DNA of 64,000 bases from Protoeuglena noctilucae (taxonomy: Eukaryota): contig OY253680.1 in the NCBI GenBank assembly GCA_958009085.1, positions 868,001-932,000 on the forward strand, written 5' to 3'. Each line of letters starts with the position of its first letter. Positions within the stretch are counted from its first letter, which is position 1. The notes beneath the pieces are model-generated. The model saw only the letters and a program-made list of their open reading frames with translations, did not search any database and was not told the DNA's origin. The position numbers and the translations under genes were made by a program. Positions 46,338-58,637 of this stretch are shown here, piece by piece.

Positions 46338-49300
46338 ATGGCCACCAACCCCGATCCCCTGCGGGCGCTGGAAGAAGAGGCGAACGCGCAACGTCAGAGA
46401 GCCCACGGAGCACGTCAACCTGAAGCTCCCTGGCTCAGCGCCTTTTCCGACGCGCAGCGGCCCTACGGTGAGCCATGGGTGGCCGGTTGCTCTCGCCAAG
46501 GCAATGCGAAGAGCTCGCCATCCCCGCAATGCAGCTGGTATCGCAAGCTGAGACGCTGGGAGGTGCTTGAGCGGGAGCTGCGGCGCCGTGTCTTGCAGGG
46601 GGCCTCAGCACGGTCGCGTGGGGACCTCGGAATCCAGGCCCAGCGAGCGGCGGGAGGATGGGGACGCCGGGCGGGGTTTCTGACCCTCCCTGGCTGCAAG
46701 ACCTGCTGCGGCGTGGGGATCGCCCTGAGAGCTACGAAGACCGCAGTTCAGTGAGCTGGCCGCTGTGGAACGCCATCCCCAGGCGCTTCTGGGATTCCGC
46801 CGAGTTCAAGAAGTACCTGGTGAGCCGAATAGTCGTGCGTTCTGCTTAGGTCGCCCTGCGCTGAACGAAGGAGCCACACGGGAGTGCTCCGACCTTCACT
46901 GCGCTTTCCCCGCCCAGATCGCATCGTATGAAGCGCACCAGAACTCGACGGACACGAGGATAGACTTGGTAAAAAAGGTGCGTGCCGCGCCTTCCGGCTG
47001 CGCGCCATGCACGCGGAGAGGAGCTGCAGGGTGGGACCGCTCACGCGCTCGCAACGCAGGCGAACGGTCTGAAGCTTGTCCTCAAGCGCATCTCCGAAAC
47101 CGTAAGCGCCAAGGATACGGAATTCGAGGACCAGGTTCACGAATCCTCCACGATGGACAAGCACTACAGGAACTGCGCCGAAGCAGCGGTCCTCCTCTAT
47201 CTCTGCATGTGAGGCCGCCCCGCGCCGCACGTACCGCGGCGATATCGCGGCTTTCGCCGCCGCACGCCATCCCGCATCGGAGCCCCCGCAGGACACGCCC
47301 AGACCCCACGACCGTTCCGCCCCGGCCCACGCCAGCAGCCACTGCCTCCCCAGCGGTGGGTCTGGGTGCGTTCGGCGTGCTCATGCATGGCCGCGCATCC
47401 CCCGCGCCCAGCCACCGGGAGTCGTCGCCTTTGCATGGGCCCTTCTCGGACTATGCCCTCAAGGCCCCGGCTGCCAGGGAGCAGTCGGGGTCGCCGGTCG
47501 CTGCGGCCCCGCCCCGCGCGAAGGGCCGGGGCGGCGCGAAGGCGCAGGGCGGCCGGGGGGCGGGAGGGGCCAAGGGAGGTGTGGAGAAGCGAGGTGAGGG
47601 ATGCTGGGCTGTCGCGATGTATGCGCGTGCATCGTCGACGCGACCCTCAGCTGGCGCGAACTCAGTCAACACTGCCCTAGTAACAAACGACACGAACACA
47701 CCCTCGCTCGTCGCCTTTCCTTCGACTCCCTCGCTGCCCTCTCCCCTCCCCTGTAGGGCGCGGCAAGGGCCGTGCCGCATCGGCCTCCTCCTACCGTTGC
47801 TTCTGCTGCTGCGAGGACCAGGACTTCGAGACGGCGACGCAGCTCAAGAGCGCGTACAGGCTCATGCACAAGCCGCCCCATTGGCAGAAGTGGCTGGCGA
47901 GCCACGCCAGCGACTGGCTGTGCCACCCCTGCACGGACAAGCTCGCGGAGGCGCAGGACCCGCCCACCGCGGGGATGGCGGACCAGTATTTCGCGAGCGT
48001 GGGCCGGGGGCAGAAGCTGGGGAGGGCGGCGCAGGTGCGGGCGGGGCGGGCGGGGCGGGCGCGGGGGAGCCCGGCGGGGCATGGGGATGGGGCGCGTGAG
48101 GGTGGCGTCTTGTCGGTGGTGGATATGACGGAGGAGGCGGGGTCGCCGGAAGGGTCGCCTCCGCGGAGTGCGGCGGGGCGGGGGGGGCCAGCCACGCGGT
48201 CGGGGGCCGCCAAGCCCACCAAGCCGTCCCAGGCGAGATGGGGAGGGGTGGGGTGTGCGTTATATGGGGTGGTTTGCATGGCTGTGGTGTTTGTGTTGAG
48301 CCCACCGAGCCGTAGGCGAGGGGTGGGGGGTGGGGTGGGGTGCGTGGTTGTGGTGTTGGTGTAGAGTCAGGCCAGCAGTCCGTGTCACCCTCTTAATCTC
48401 AATGACTGTATGTGTACGGTATCATGTACCATCTAACGCTTTCTCTCAACCACACCCCGCAGGTCCTCCCCCCCGACATCTCGACCAGCTTCCCCACCCG
48501 TGGCCCCGGGAACGTCTACCTGACTGCCAAGGACCTGGACTACCTGCTGGACGAGGAGTTCATCCACGACCAGGCGAGTCATGATGTGATGGATTGTGGA
48601 TGGTGTATGTGAGACCAGCATGGCTTGACTGAGACCAGACGTCGATACACGACCAGGCGAAAGAGAGGTGGCGAGGTAGTGGCGGTGGGCAGCTAGTCCA
48701 CGCTATGGATACCTGTGCCTCACTCCATGCATCTCACACATGTCACGCAGATCGTCCTGTTCCTCTTCAAGAAGACTAATTATCACTTTCGAACAACCAC
48801 CCATACATTGCAGATCATCCTGTTCTTCTTCAAGAAGATCCACGCCGACATGCCCCCGCGCGACCGCCCCCGCGTCCACTTCTTCGACCCCCACTTCTTC
48901 AGCCGGCTGGCGGGGGCAAGGGCGCAGGGGGGGGCGGCGCGCGTTAAGGCGGCCACGGGCATCAACTACGAGGCGGTGAGTGGCATGGGGTGCAGTGCAG
49001 TGGTGGTGGTAGTGTGGTGGTGGTAGAGGGGAAGCCATGGGCATCAACTACGAGGCGGTGATCAGGGGTGTGATGCTCAAGCTTCTTGTTCACTACCACC
49101 CTCGCCTCACAAGGCCACTCCACCATGCCACCCCAGCACACCACCTCTCCCTCACTGCACCTTCCCACCCCACCTCAACCATACCACTCCATCCCACCCA
49201 ACCCCCCCCTATCTCCCAGGTGTCCAAGTGGACCAAGGGCGTCGACATCTTCTCCAAACACTTCCTCCTCATCCCCATCAACAGCGCACTCCACTGGTCC

Positions 49301-52300
49301 CTCGCCATCGTGTGCTTCCCGGGACACGCCAAGCTCACGGGGCCAAGGCCGCAGGGAGGGAGTGGGGCTGGGGAGGGAGCGGGTGGGGCAAGTGGTGGTG
49401 CGGGTGCGGGTTCGGGTGCGGGTGGTGGTGCCAATGTGGGTGCGGGTGCCGACGTGGTGCTGGAGGTGGACGACGACGGTGACGGCGACGGTGGCGGGAG
49501 TGACGGCATCCTCGCTGCCAATGGACCTTCCCCCAGTGCATCTCCCAACCACCGTGTTTCTTCGCTCAGTTGGTTCCGTGACCCCAGCCACGCGTCGCAG
49601 TGCCCGATGGTGCTGACGTTAGACTCATTGGGGGAGACCCACAAGGGACTCAGCATACACTCCGCGGGTGAGGGATGAGGGAGACGAGGGATGGGAGGGA
49701 CTGAGCAAACGGCTTGTGGGGGAGTGGGTGCGGGTGGTGGTGCGGTTGCACGGAGCGGTGCTTCACTGACGCAGTGGCGAGAGTGGGTTAATACCATCAA
49801 GTGACGCTGCCCATCTCTCACCCCCCCTTCTGTCTCCCTCCCAGTTCGCATGTACTTGGAGAAGGAGTGGGATCGCCTGGCTGTCAGTGACCCGGACTCC
49901 GTGCCAGCCACGGTGCAGGCGGAGCACCCGGGATGCAAGGTGGGACACGTGCGGGGGGGCTTGCATTTGCGATTTGTTTATATTGCATACCATGATATGA
50001 TTGCTTGGATTGCTGGCAACGAAATGGCACTGGCAGGACGGTCGCTTTGCTTGCCTCTCCAACACCCTACACGCTCACCCACTCACACGCACACTCACCC
50101 CACTACCCTCCCCCCCGTCCTGTACCCCCGCAGCCCGACTTCTCCCGATGCTTCCCGGCCCGCAACCTCCCCAGCCCCAGGCAGACCAACTACTACGACT
50201 GCGGACTCTTCGTCCTCACCACCGCCGCCTACTTCTGCCTGAAACTGCCAGAGTCCGTGCCGGAGGCCCTCGGGCAGCCCAACTCGAGGGTCGCGAGGGC
50301 TTTCGAGAGGGGCCGCGCATCTTCTCCAAAGGACGCGCGCCCGCGACACTCTGGCAGCTGGCACGACATACTGGCGGACCCCGCGGGGGACTTTGGCTTC
50401 CTGCCCTACGCCCGCTGGCTGAGCGCCCGTTGGTACACTCCCGAAATGGCATCGTCCATGCGATTCCGCATCGCCCTCTTCATCCTCAGCCTCTTCCGGT
50501 GAGCGTGGGCGTGGAGGGGGGGTGCGCGAGACGTGCTGTGGGGTGCATGGCGGTTCGTGCTGTGCCACTTGTGCTGTGTGTGAGACTGGTCTTGTTGCAG
50601 TAGTCTCTCACAATGCAATTGTTAGTTGTTGTAACGCGGCACCCGCACCCTCGCGCACCCACGCACCCGTGCCTCACCACTCCCATCACTCACCCCCACA
50701 TCTCTCCCCCTATCTCCCATCTCGCAGCCGCGAGATCGAGTCCAATTCCGGCTCCCTCCCCGACCACCACGCCCGCCTGGCCCAGATCGATGAGTTTGCG
50801 GGCGTGTTTGCCGCCACGCTGCGGGACAAGTTCGGTGCCACGGAGGGGGACCCGGTCGAGGAGATCAGGAGGGACATCCAGGGGCAGGTGGCGGAGACGG
50901 AGGTGAGTGGGGTGGGTGATGGGGCGTGTGTGTGTGTGATGTATGAGCAGAGAGGGACATCCAGGGGCAGGTGGCGGAGACGGAGGTGAGTGGGTGGTGT
51001 GTGTGTGTGACTGGCACAGAGGGACAGGTGGCAGAGACGGCGGTGAGTGGGTGGGGAGATGTGATGCGGGGTGTGTTGGTGGTGGAGGGGACCGCAGCGA
51101 GGGGATGGTGGGTGGGTGTGACATGAGCAGAGAGGGGCAGGTGGCAGAGACGACGGTGAGTGGGTGGGGGATGTGTGAGTAGTAGAGAGGGGCTCGTAGT
51201 GTCGGGGGCGGGCAGTGAGACGCGTTCGCACCCTTCCCTCCCAACCACTCCTGTCCTCACCCTTTCACCCCCCCTACCCATCCCATGTACCACTCCCCAC
51301 CCCTCATCCCTCCCTCCCCCATGCCCCCAGGCTGAGCGTGCCGCCTGCCGCACCAACACCTGCCGCCACGCCTCCACTCCCACCAAGACATCCCAGGGCA
51401 TGATAGGCACTATGTTTGGCATGCTGACGGGGGTTGGCAAGAGGGGCAAGAAGGGGGAGGGTGTGAGGGAGGCGATTGAAGTGGATGAGGGGGACGAGGG
51501 GGGCAGGGAGGGGCTGTGGAGGGTGGGGGAGGTGAGGGTGGGTAGTGGGGTGTGACAGAGGGGCGGCGGGGCGTGGGGGAGGTGAGGGTGGGTGGTGGGG
51601 TGTGACAGGGGGTTGGTGAAGTGGCTGCTTGGGGAGGTGAGGGTGTTTAGCGGGTGCGTTCTAGGGTAACATGCATTGGGTGTAGGGTCCTTGGGGCGAG
51701 AGGATGTAGGATGGCCATGAGCGACTGATACATAGAGAGACATAGAGAGCTGGCCTATATATCACTTAAACCCCATTCTTGTCTCTCCCTTCACGCAGAA
51801 AGGCGCATGGGATATGGCAGCCGTGCCTGACAGCCAGGCGTCTGACAGGGACGGTGGGGAAAACCTGGACGCCGTCCCTGGCCCTCCCCTGCGATTGAGG
51901 GGCCTCGCCCTCCCAAACGACGCGCCGCTGATGAGGAGCGGGGGTGGGGTGGGTGGTATGGGGAGTGCAGTTGGTATGAGTGGTGCGGTTGGCGTGGGTG
52001 GTACGGGGAGTGCGGTTGGGATGGGTGATGTGCGTGGTATGGGTGGTGCGGTTGGTATGGGTGGTGTGGGTGGTATGGGGAGTGCCGTTGGTATGGGTGG
52101 TCTGGGGAGTGGTGTGGGGAGTGGGGCGGTGGGCGGGAGGGGAGGGAGTGCGCCGTCAGCTGGAATGGGGGAGTCGCTGTGGCGCAGGAAGTCTCGAGTT
52201 GTCGATGACGATGACATCAACGATCCAATCGAGACGGTATCTGACCATGGCAGCGGTGGTAATGGTAATGGTGGTAATGGTGGTGGGGTTGAGGGCGATG

Positions 52301-54238
52301 GCATTGTGGACAGCCCAGGGGGTAGTAGGGGCACTGCGCATGCGGAGAGAGCGGTGGGGTCGAGAGGGGCAGGAGCGGTGCCGGTGTCGCTGCCAGCCAC
52401 GCCCGTGAGCCAACACGGCGTGGCGCACGATGGGCCTGGCAATGGGAGCGTGCAGGGCAATGGGAGCATGGATGGCAAGTCCATCCACAGATCCATCGAC
52501 AGGTCGATTGACAGGTCGATGGATAGACCAACACCGAGTAGGCTGGACGTCCTTGCTCCCTCGCTGACCCCCGCATTGACGGCGTCCCGCGAAGACGCCC
52601 CGCGGCTGGGTGGGGCGGTGGGGGCCGCCACGCCTCAGATGGCCCTGGGTGGTGGCACCCCACATGCCACGAGCGCTGGGAATGGGAGCAGTGGGGGTGG
52701 CACTGTGGGTGGCGGTGGTGTGGGTGGGAGTGCTGTGGGTGGCAGTGCGGTGGGTGGTAGCGCTATCGGTGGCAGTTGTGGGGGTGGCAGTGGTGTGGGT
52801 GGTAGCGCTGGGCTCAGCGGTGCCCTTGGCGGTGCGGTGGGTTCCATAGCCCCCGTCTCTTCCTCAGCAGTGGCAGTGGCAGTGGCGAGCAGCCCCGCTC
52901 CTAAGCTGGGCGTGTCGGAAGAGCCATTGGTGGCGTTTGTGCTGCGGGAGTCGGGCAGAGGGGTGAGGCATGGGGAAGGGTGGGATGAAAACATGGAGTG
53001 ATTTGTTGTGACGTGATGTGACCTGTTGCCACGCCACAGCGCATGTGCTGCAGTTGTCTCAACACACCACGCATCGCAGTGCAGTGCAGCAGTTGCCTCG
53101 CCCCTTCGCCCACCCCCCGCAGTCGATCCGCAGCGCCGGCACTGCCGGCACTGCCTTGGATATCGGATCGAATCCGGCCTCGTCCCTCCCGCGACCGGCC
53201 CTGGACGCCACCCTGCGCCCGCCCCCGGGGTCACCAGAGCGGTCGGGGGATGGGGAGGGGAGGGGCATGGGGAATGGGGAGGGGAGGGGCTGGGATGATG
53301 GGAATGGGGAAGGGAGGGGCTGGGGGTCGCAGCGGAGCGTGGGACAGCCCCACAACGCTGCCGAGAGTCGAAGCCCTGTTGCGAGAAGGCCTGTGGGTAC
53401 TGGGCCAATAGCAGGGCCAACAGCCGGGGTGTCAACAGCGAGGCCAATAGCACGGGCAACAGCTGGGCCAACAGCGGTGGGGCTGTCAAGGAGGGATGTC
53501 GACGCTTCCCTCCTCGCGTTGCCTCGGATGGCGGTGCCCCGGGTGTCCCTGGGGGTGGAGGAATCGGACGGGTTCCATTACCGCCGATTAACGGGGATAG
53601 GGCAGGTGCCCTTCGAGGGGAAGCACACGGTGTTCGTCGACACGCCAGAGAAGACGCCAGAGAGGGGTGTCGCGGGGGCGGTGGGGAGGGCAGACGCGGC
53701 TGCTGCGCTGTTGGTGGAAGTCGATTCGATGCGGGGAAAGTGCGACAGCGACGGGGGTGGGAGCGTGGAGCTGGTGGTGGATGGTGGGGCACAGAGCGCA
53801 CCACAGTCGGGGCGTGCGGGGACGGGTGCGAGGGGTGCGAGTAGGGGCAGGGGGACAGGCAGGGGCGGGTCTGGGCCTGGCAAGCACGGGGGTGGGCGGG
53901 GCGGGTCTGGGTCCCAGTTGCGTGAAATGCAGCGGCGTCGGCAGCGGTTGCGGGCGCGTCGGCAGGCGCAGGAGAGCGACAGCGAGTGGGGCAGCGAGGG
54001 GGGCGGCGGCAGTGACAGCGATGGGGAGTACGTGCCATCGACAGCCAGCCGGGGGCAACGGGTGCAGAAGCGGGGGCGCGAGAGCGGTGACAGCGATGGG
54101 GAGTACGTGCCATCGACCGCCAGGGGCAGGCAGCGGGTGCAGAAGCGGGACCGCGGCGGTGAGGGGGCGTGGGATGCGGAGAGGAGAGGCGGGGGGCGGC
54201 GCGCGGTTGCGGTGGTGGGGGGGCGTGGCGACACATGA
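46338..54238 (+). CDS. Ulp2/SENP-like SUMO protease (peptidase C48) with an N-terminal Cys-rich motif and a long low-complexity C-terminus
   Basis: DLDYLLDEEFIHDQ, HFFDPHFF, KWTKGVDIFSK, PINSALHWSL (His), LDSL (Asp), RQTNYYDCGLFV (Gln, Cys). Whether 46338-47200 and the far C-terminal exons belong to the same gene is inferred. Confidence 0.8.
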
Positions 54239-54405
54239 GGGAGGAGTGGTGTGGCTCTGTGGGTGGGTGCGTGTCGTGGGTCTGGTTTGTGCGGCGAGCA
54301 TCGGTGCTAGGTTAGAACAGAGCTGAGTGGTCTGCGGAGATGAGAGCACATGCATGGCGTATGTTGAGTCATTGTTGAACAAAGCGCTAGCACTCTCATA
54401 TGCCT

Positions 54406-54722
54406 GTCTCATATGCCTGGGGTGGCAGCCCCAGGCAAGCTGTATGCTGAGCGTCTCCCAGTCACGCGGCACATATCGACACATAGTGGCACACAGTCAA
54501 GCGACCCGTTGCTTCAACTCTACTAGTATGCACGTGTACCCTTGCACCGTGCCTGAGGGTGGATATCGATGGCTGCATAGTACTAACAACGCCATTGCAG
54601 TCGGGCATGCATGTGGTAGGGGCCCACCCATGCCTTACAGGGCGGTGGAGCACGCGTGGACCCAGCAACGACGCCCGCCCCGCCACACAGCCGCGAATCC
54701 GACGCGGGGAGGGTGGGGCTCA
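54406..54722 (+). repeat. Direct repeat, copy 1 (homologous to 58638-58934)
   Basis: Shared blocks gtctcat.tgcctggggtggcagcccc.ggcaagctgt, cgacccgttgcttcaactcta, attgcagtcgggcatgcatg, cgccacacagccgcgaatccga, ggagggtggggctca. Confidence 0.9.
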
Positions 54723-55103
54723 GTACTGTCATGGGACATGTTGACATGCGCAGCGCTACATGCAAAGCGAACCCGTCATACCGACGCCCATGGCCAGCCC
54801 ATCAGCTGACCTCGCAGCTGTTTTTGCCTCGTGCCCGGCTCGGGTCACTGCTTGTCGTCGGGCACGGTGCCGGGAGTCCTCTGTGTCTTCTTACTCTGCG
54901 AACGCAGCACGGGCGAGGGGCTCACGTGGATGTCGACATGTCATCAGATCACAGCACGTTACCCAGGAGCATTCTCTCGCAATCAGCCAGCATCTCTCAA
55001 CCGCACTGACAAGCCCACTCACGGGTGCGCCTTGCAGGGGCGTCCGTGGCGGCGAAGTCATGACGGCCGGCTGCAGCGCCTGCATGCGCAGGGGTGTGGA
55101 GAG

Positions 55104-57843
55104 TTAGTTGCTGCAAGATACGAACCATGAGCAGCTGCATAAAATATAGGCAAGCTCACGCAGTGCATATCGCACCTGGGTGGGCACGGGAGGGAAGGCC
55201 CAAAGGAACGAACCGTGTACCTTGTGGTTTGCCACCTTGGGCTCCCCCTGAAACGTGATCAGGTTACCGTTCTTCCCCAGGAATACCTGGTCTTTCGGCG
55301 GACAATTTTTATTTTGTTGTGTGAAGATTCTGTAAATTTCGCTGGGGTCTTTGGGAACGTAAATGACAGAGCCCTTCTTACCGCCACCAGTGGTCGTCTT
55401 CTCAAGCTGCACGTTCACACCGATTGCGTGCTCGAACGGGACACCCTGTGTATAAAGAGATTGTCGGCATATTAATACTAATATTGGTATAAAAATATGA
55501 CAACATTATGTTTCGCCTTCATGCGCACCACTTACCAGGGAGATCAGCCGTGCCTGGAGTCCTGTGACGGTTTCCAACATGCCATTGTTCTCGTAGCACA
55601 CACTTTTGTACAAGTCGTCCAAATCTTTTCGAGCACTGAGGAAACCGTTTTGGTCTGACGAACACTTGATGTAAAACTTCGTCTCGATTGACGTTCCACA
55701 TGCCTTTACAAAGACCACAGCCGCTTTTGGCTCTATGCCCTGCGTACAAAGCAAATGTTACATATCTGTTTAAGACCCCCCATGGAATAAAAAATGAAAT
55801 ATGGACAAAACATATTTTAGTAGGAGAATGTTTTACATCCCCCTAAAATGGAACTTACCATTAAGACGAGTTTTGCGACGTTGCGAGCACGCTCTGCATT
55901 CCCCTTTTTTCTCCCATTAGTTTGGGCTGCTACCAAGTCAATCAGTTTTTGTGCGCCATTGAATGCAACTGCGGGAGAGCGGAAGCTAATAAAAAAATTT
56001 AGACAGACATGTTAATAGTACTTACATGTCTAACATGTCAGTACACTAACATTTGTTTTATTTAAAGAATATTATAGGAATATTATTATAATAATAATAT
56101 TATAATAATTATATTATATTATATTATATTATATTATATTATATTATATTATATTATATTATATTATATTATATTATATTATATTATATTATATTATATT
56201 ATATTATATTATATTATTATAAGAATATTAAAGAATTTAAAGAATATTATTCCTTTTTGTTTATATAATATTTTCAAAAAGCATATCGTGCAATTTCTCT
56301 TACTCACTTGTTGTGGTATAAACACCACCAGAGTCTTCGTCACCATTGAGAATTCTGCCCACGTCTGCGTTGTGCTCCCAGATGTCGTAGCCCTTGACCT
56401 CGGCAAAGACCGGCTTGGTGGGCTTCTCGTCGAGCGACGTCCACAGCAGCTCACAGCGCTTGTCGTGTTTGCTCCATATCTCCGTCATGCGCACAGTCGC
56501 GACGATGGGGTCATGGTCGAAAATCTCATTGATCTCGTCCACCCCTACGGTGTTGCCCTTGCTGTCCACGAGATCCACCACGTGCTTGCACAGACTTACG
56601 TCGGTGAACCCAACGCCAAGCCTCCCCTGGGGAGAAGGCTCGACGGTGCCGACAAAGTCGATGACACCCACCGCCTTCCGAGTCTTGAGCCTCTCCAGGA
56701 GGAGGGAGTAGTCGGGTGTGAACCTCCTGCCGGGCTTGCACTCATACACGGGGACTTGGACCCTCAGCCAAGAAGAATAAACGCCTCGACACACCATCTC
56801 CTCCTCGAGCCGGAAATTGGCGTCGCACCCAAACAGGACGGGCAACTGGTATGCATCCGCCAGCAGCGTCAAGATCTTGCATGCTGCCGACCACTGGCTG
56901 CGGGCAATGATATTTATGTAAATAACCAGTATAAGAAAAACACATGTCTGAAGTAGTAAGAACACAATCTACGGCATGCAAACTTACCAATATTTCTGCT
57001 TCTTCATATATGCACAATTATTGTTGCCGTGATAGCTGACTGCTATGATATCCTGTCCCCCACTTTCCGACTTGCACAATGCGACGAGCATTCTGTCGTT
57101 ATACAAGCAGGTTAGGTAGTTGGTTAATGATGCCTGTTCCCCATCTTCCAGCCCCGGACACAGCTTAATCTCTTCAAGCTCGTCCCAGTCCACTGCAAAC
57201 AAGAATGCAGAGCGAATGAGTGGAGTCCTACTTTGAGCGTGCAAGTACATTAACTGCATTCCAGCGACTCACGTCCTGCCTCTCTGAGCTTGCGCTTGAA
57301 GGCGTGCTGGGAAATCCGCTCTGCTTTATAGTTGCTCTTCTTTACCACGATTCCCAGCCGAACAGCTTTTGTATTCTCCTTCATTGGGGAGAATAGGAAG
57401 ACGTACTCGAGGCTGGTGTTTTTGTCCGGCCGCATGGCGTCGCACAGGTAGTCGTCCGAGTTGCTTGGCACCTCCTGGAGCATGGCAATGTCGGGCTTCT
57501 CATCAGCAAGCAGCTCCTTGACCATCTCGTACCGGAAAGAAATTTGACTTGGTTCGGTGCCGTCCGGCTTGGTTCTCTCTTTTATTTTGTCCATCACGTA
57601 TTGCATGCAGCCGCCATTTGCATCTTTGCGCGGCCCCATGTTGGCCGAAAAGAGCTTCATGTCGACGGCGGCTTGTGAAGTCGGCGGCTTCGCGTCAGGG
57701 GGAGCCTGCGGGCCATGGGCGCGGGTGTGGGAGAAACACGTCATTTTTTGTTGGCCCGCAAACGAGGCCTCTTTCGGCCTCATTACTCTCCGTCCAACCA
57801 CCATACATTATTCTTTAATAGAGCTTACCTTTTTGGGTGCCAT
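55104..57843 (-). CDS. Endonuclease/exonuclease/phosphatase (EEP, DNase I-like fold) protein with a C-terminal extension, at least 7 exons
   Basis: Exons 57843-57829, 57705-57273, 57192-56988, 56897-56308, 55968-55859, 55739-55536, 55445-~55176/55104 splice in frame. Motifs KLFSAN, PDIAMLQE, VSYHG, GCDANF, VIDF, FDHDPI. Confidence 0.8.
56083..56222. repeat. (TATAT)n microsatellite inside an EEP-gene intron
   Basis: About 140 nt of A/T only, mostly perfect ATATT units. Confidence 0.97.
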
Positions 57844-58595
57844 CCTGGCAAGCACCTCCGAGGAGCTCGCGGATTACGCGCGTGCCCGAGAGCCAGCACA
57901 ATACGTGGCCCGAAATGCAGGGAGAGCACCTGGACTTTTGTGCCTGTGATTTGCAAAGCGTAGGTTTGTCAAATGCGTCTTATGGTTAAAATGCCCCGTA
58001 ACACCACGGGGCCGCTGGGCAAGGCGGGGTCAACAGGAGGCAGGTTAGCTGAAGGCTCTGAGCGCTGCAGGCCCTTCCAGCCCCTATCCGTGGCGTAGCC
58101 ATCGACAAACCCACCCGTAAAGCAAGTGGAGCGGGCGTTTCGGCATAAATTTACAGCGGCAGGACGCAGGAAGCTTGCAAAGTGTCGACGAACTCTCACA
58201 GCGCGAACTAGTGGCACGAGCCGAAGGTACCGCGCGGCTTGAGCGAAACATTTCCCTCGCTTGTCCCGGTGGAGCCGATACAACCTCTGTAGCGGCCATG
58301 AGCTGCCAAACAGAGAACACACCCAAAACGACCGACCAAAACGACCAAATCCACCGCCTCCCTGCACTCCGCGTGCAAAATAGCCTCTTTTATAGCTGGA
58401 CCTAACCTTGTTTGGCAGCCCTGCTATTCTCTCTTCCAACCTAAAACGACCTGCCAACCTTCTCAGCCGCGAGGGTGGATGTACCTGCTAATGACCAGGT
58501 CTTGCAAATAGAGGCTGAATCTGGGCCTACTGGCAGAAACGCACCACGGCAGAAACACTAGCGAGGGCGCCAGAGAGGGGTGCATGTCGAGGGGA

Positions 58596-58618
58596 GGGTT
58601 TAGGGTTTAGGGTTTAGG
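58596..58618 (+). repeat. Interstitial telomere-type repeat (TTTAGGG)3
   Basis: agggtttagggtttagggtttagg. Confidence 0.85.
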
Positions 58619-58637
58619 CGTGACCCGAGCACGTCAC

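Noticed and set aside
51930..52830. Gly-rich repeats (GMGSAVGMGG, GGSAVGG) as a separate structural gene
   Set aside because: They follow a splice acceptor at ~51798 and fit as a low-complexity exon of the Ulp gene.
54010..54150. Duplicated DSDGEYVPSTA...QRVQKR segment
   Set aside because: Ordinary short intra-exon tandem duplication in a disordered tail; not junction-associated.
55104..58595. Autonomous LINE or Helitron call for the EEP island
   Set aside because: No reverse transcriptase, Rep/helicase, poly-A tail or clear termini are visible, and the EEP gene has introns.
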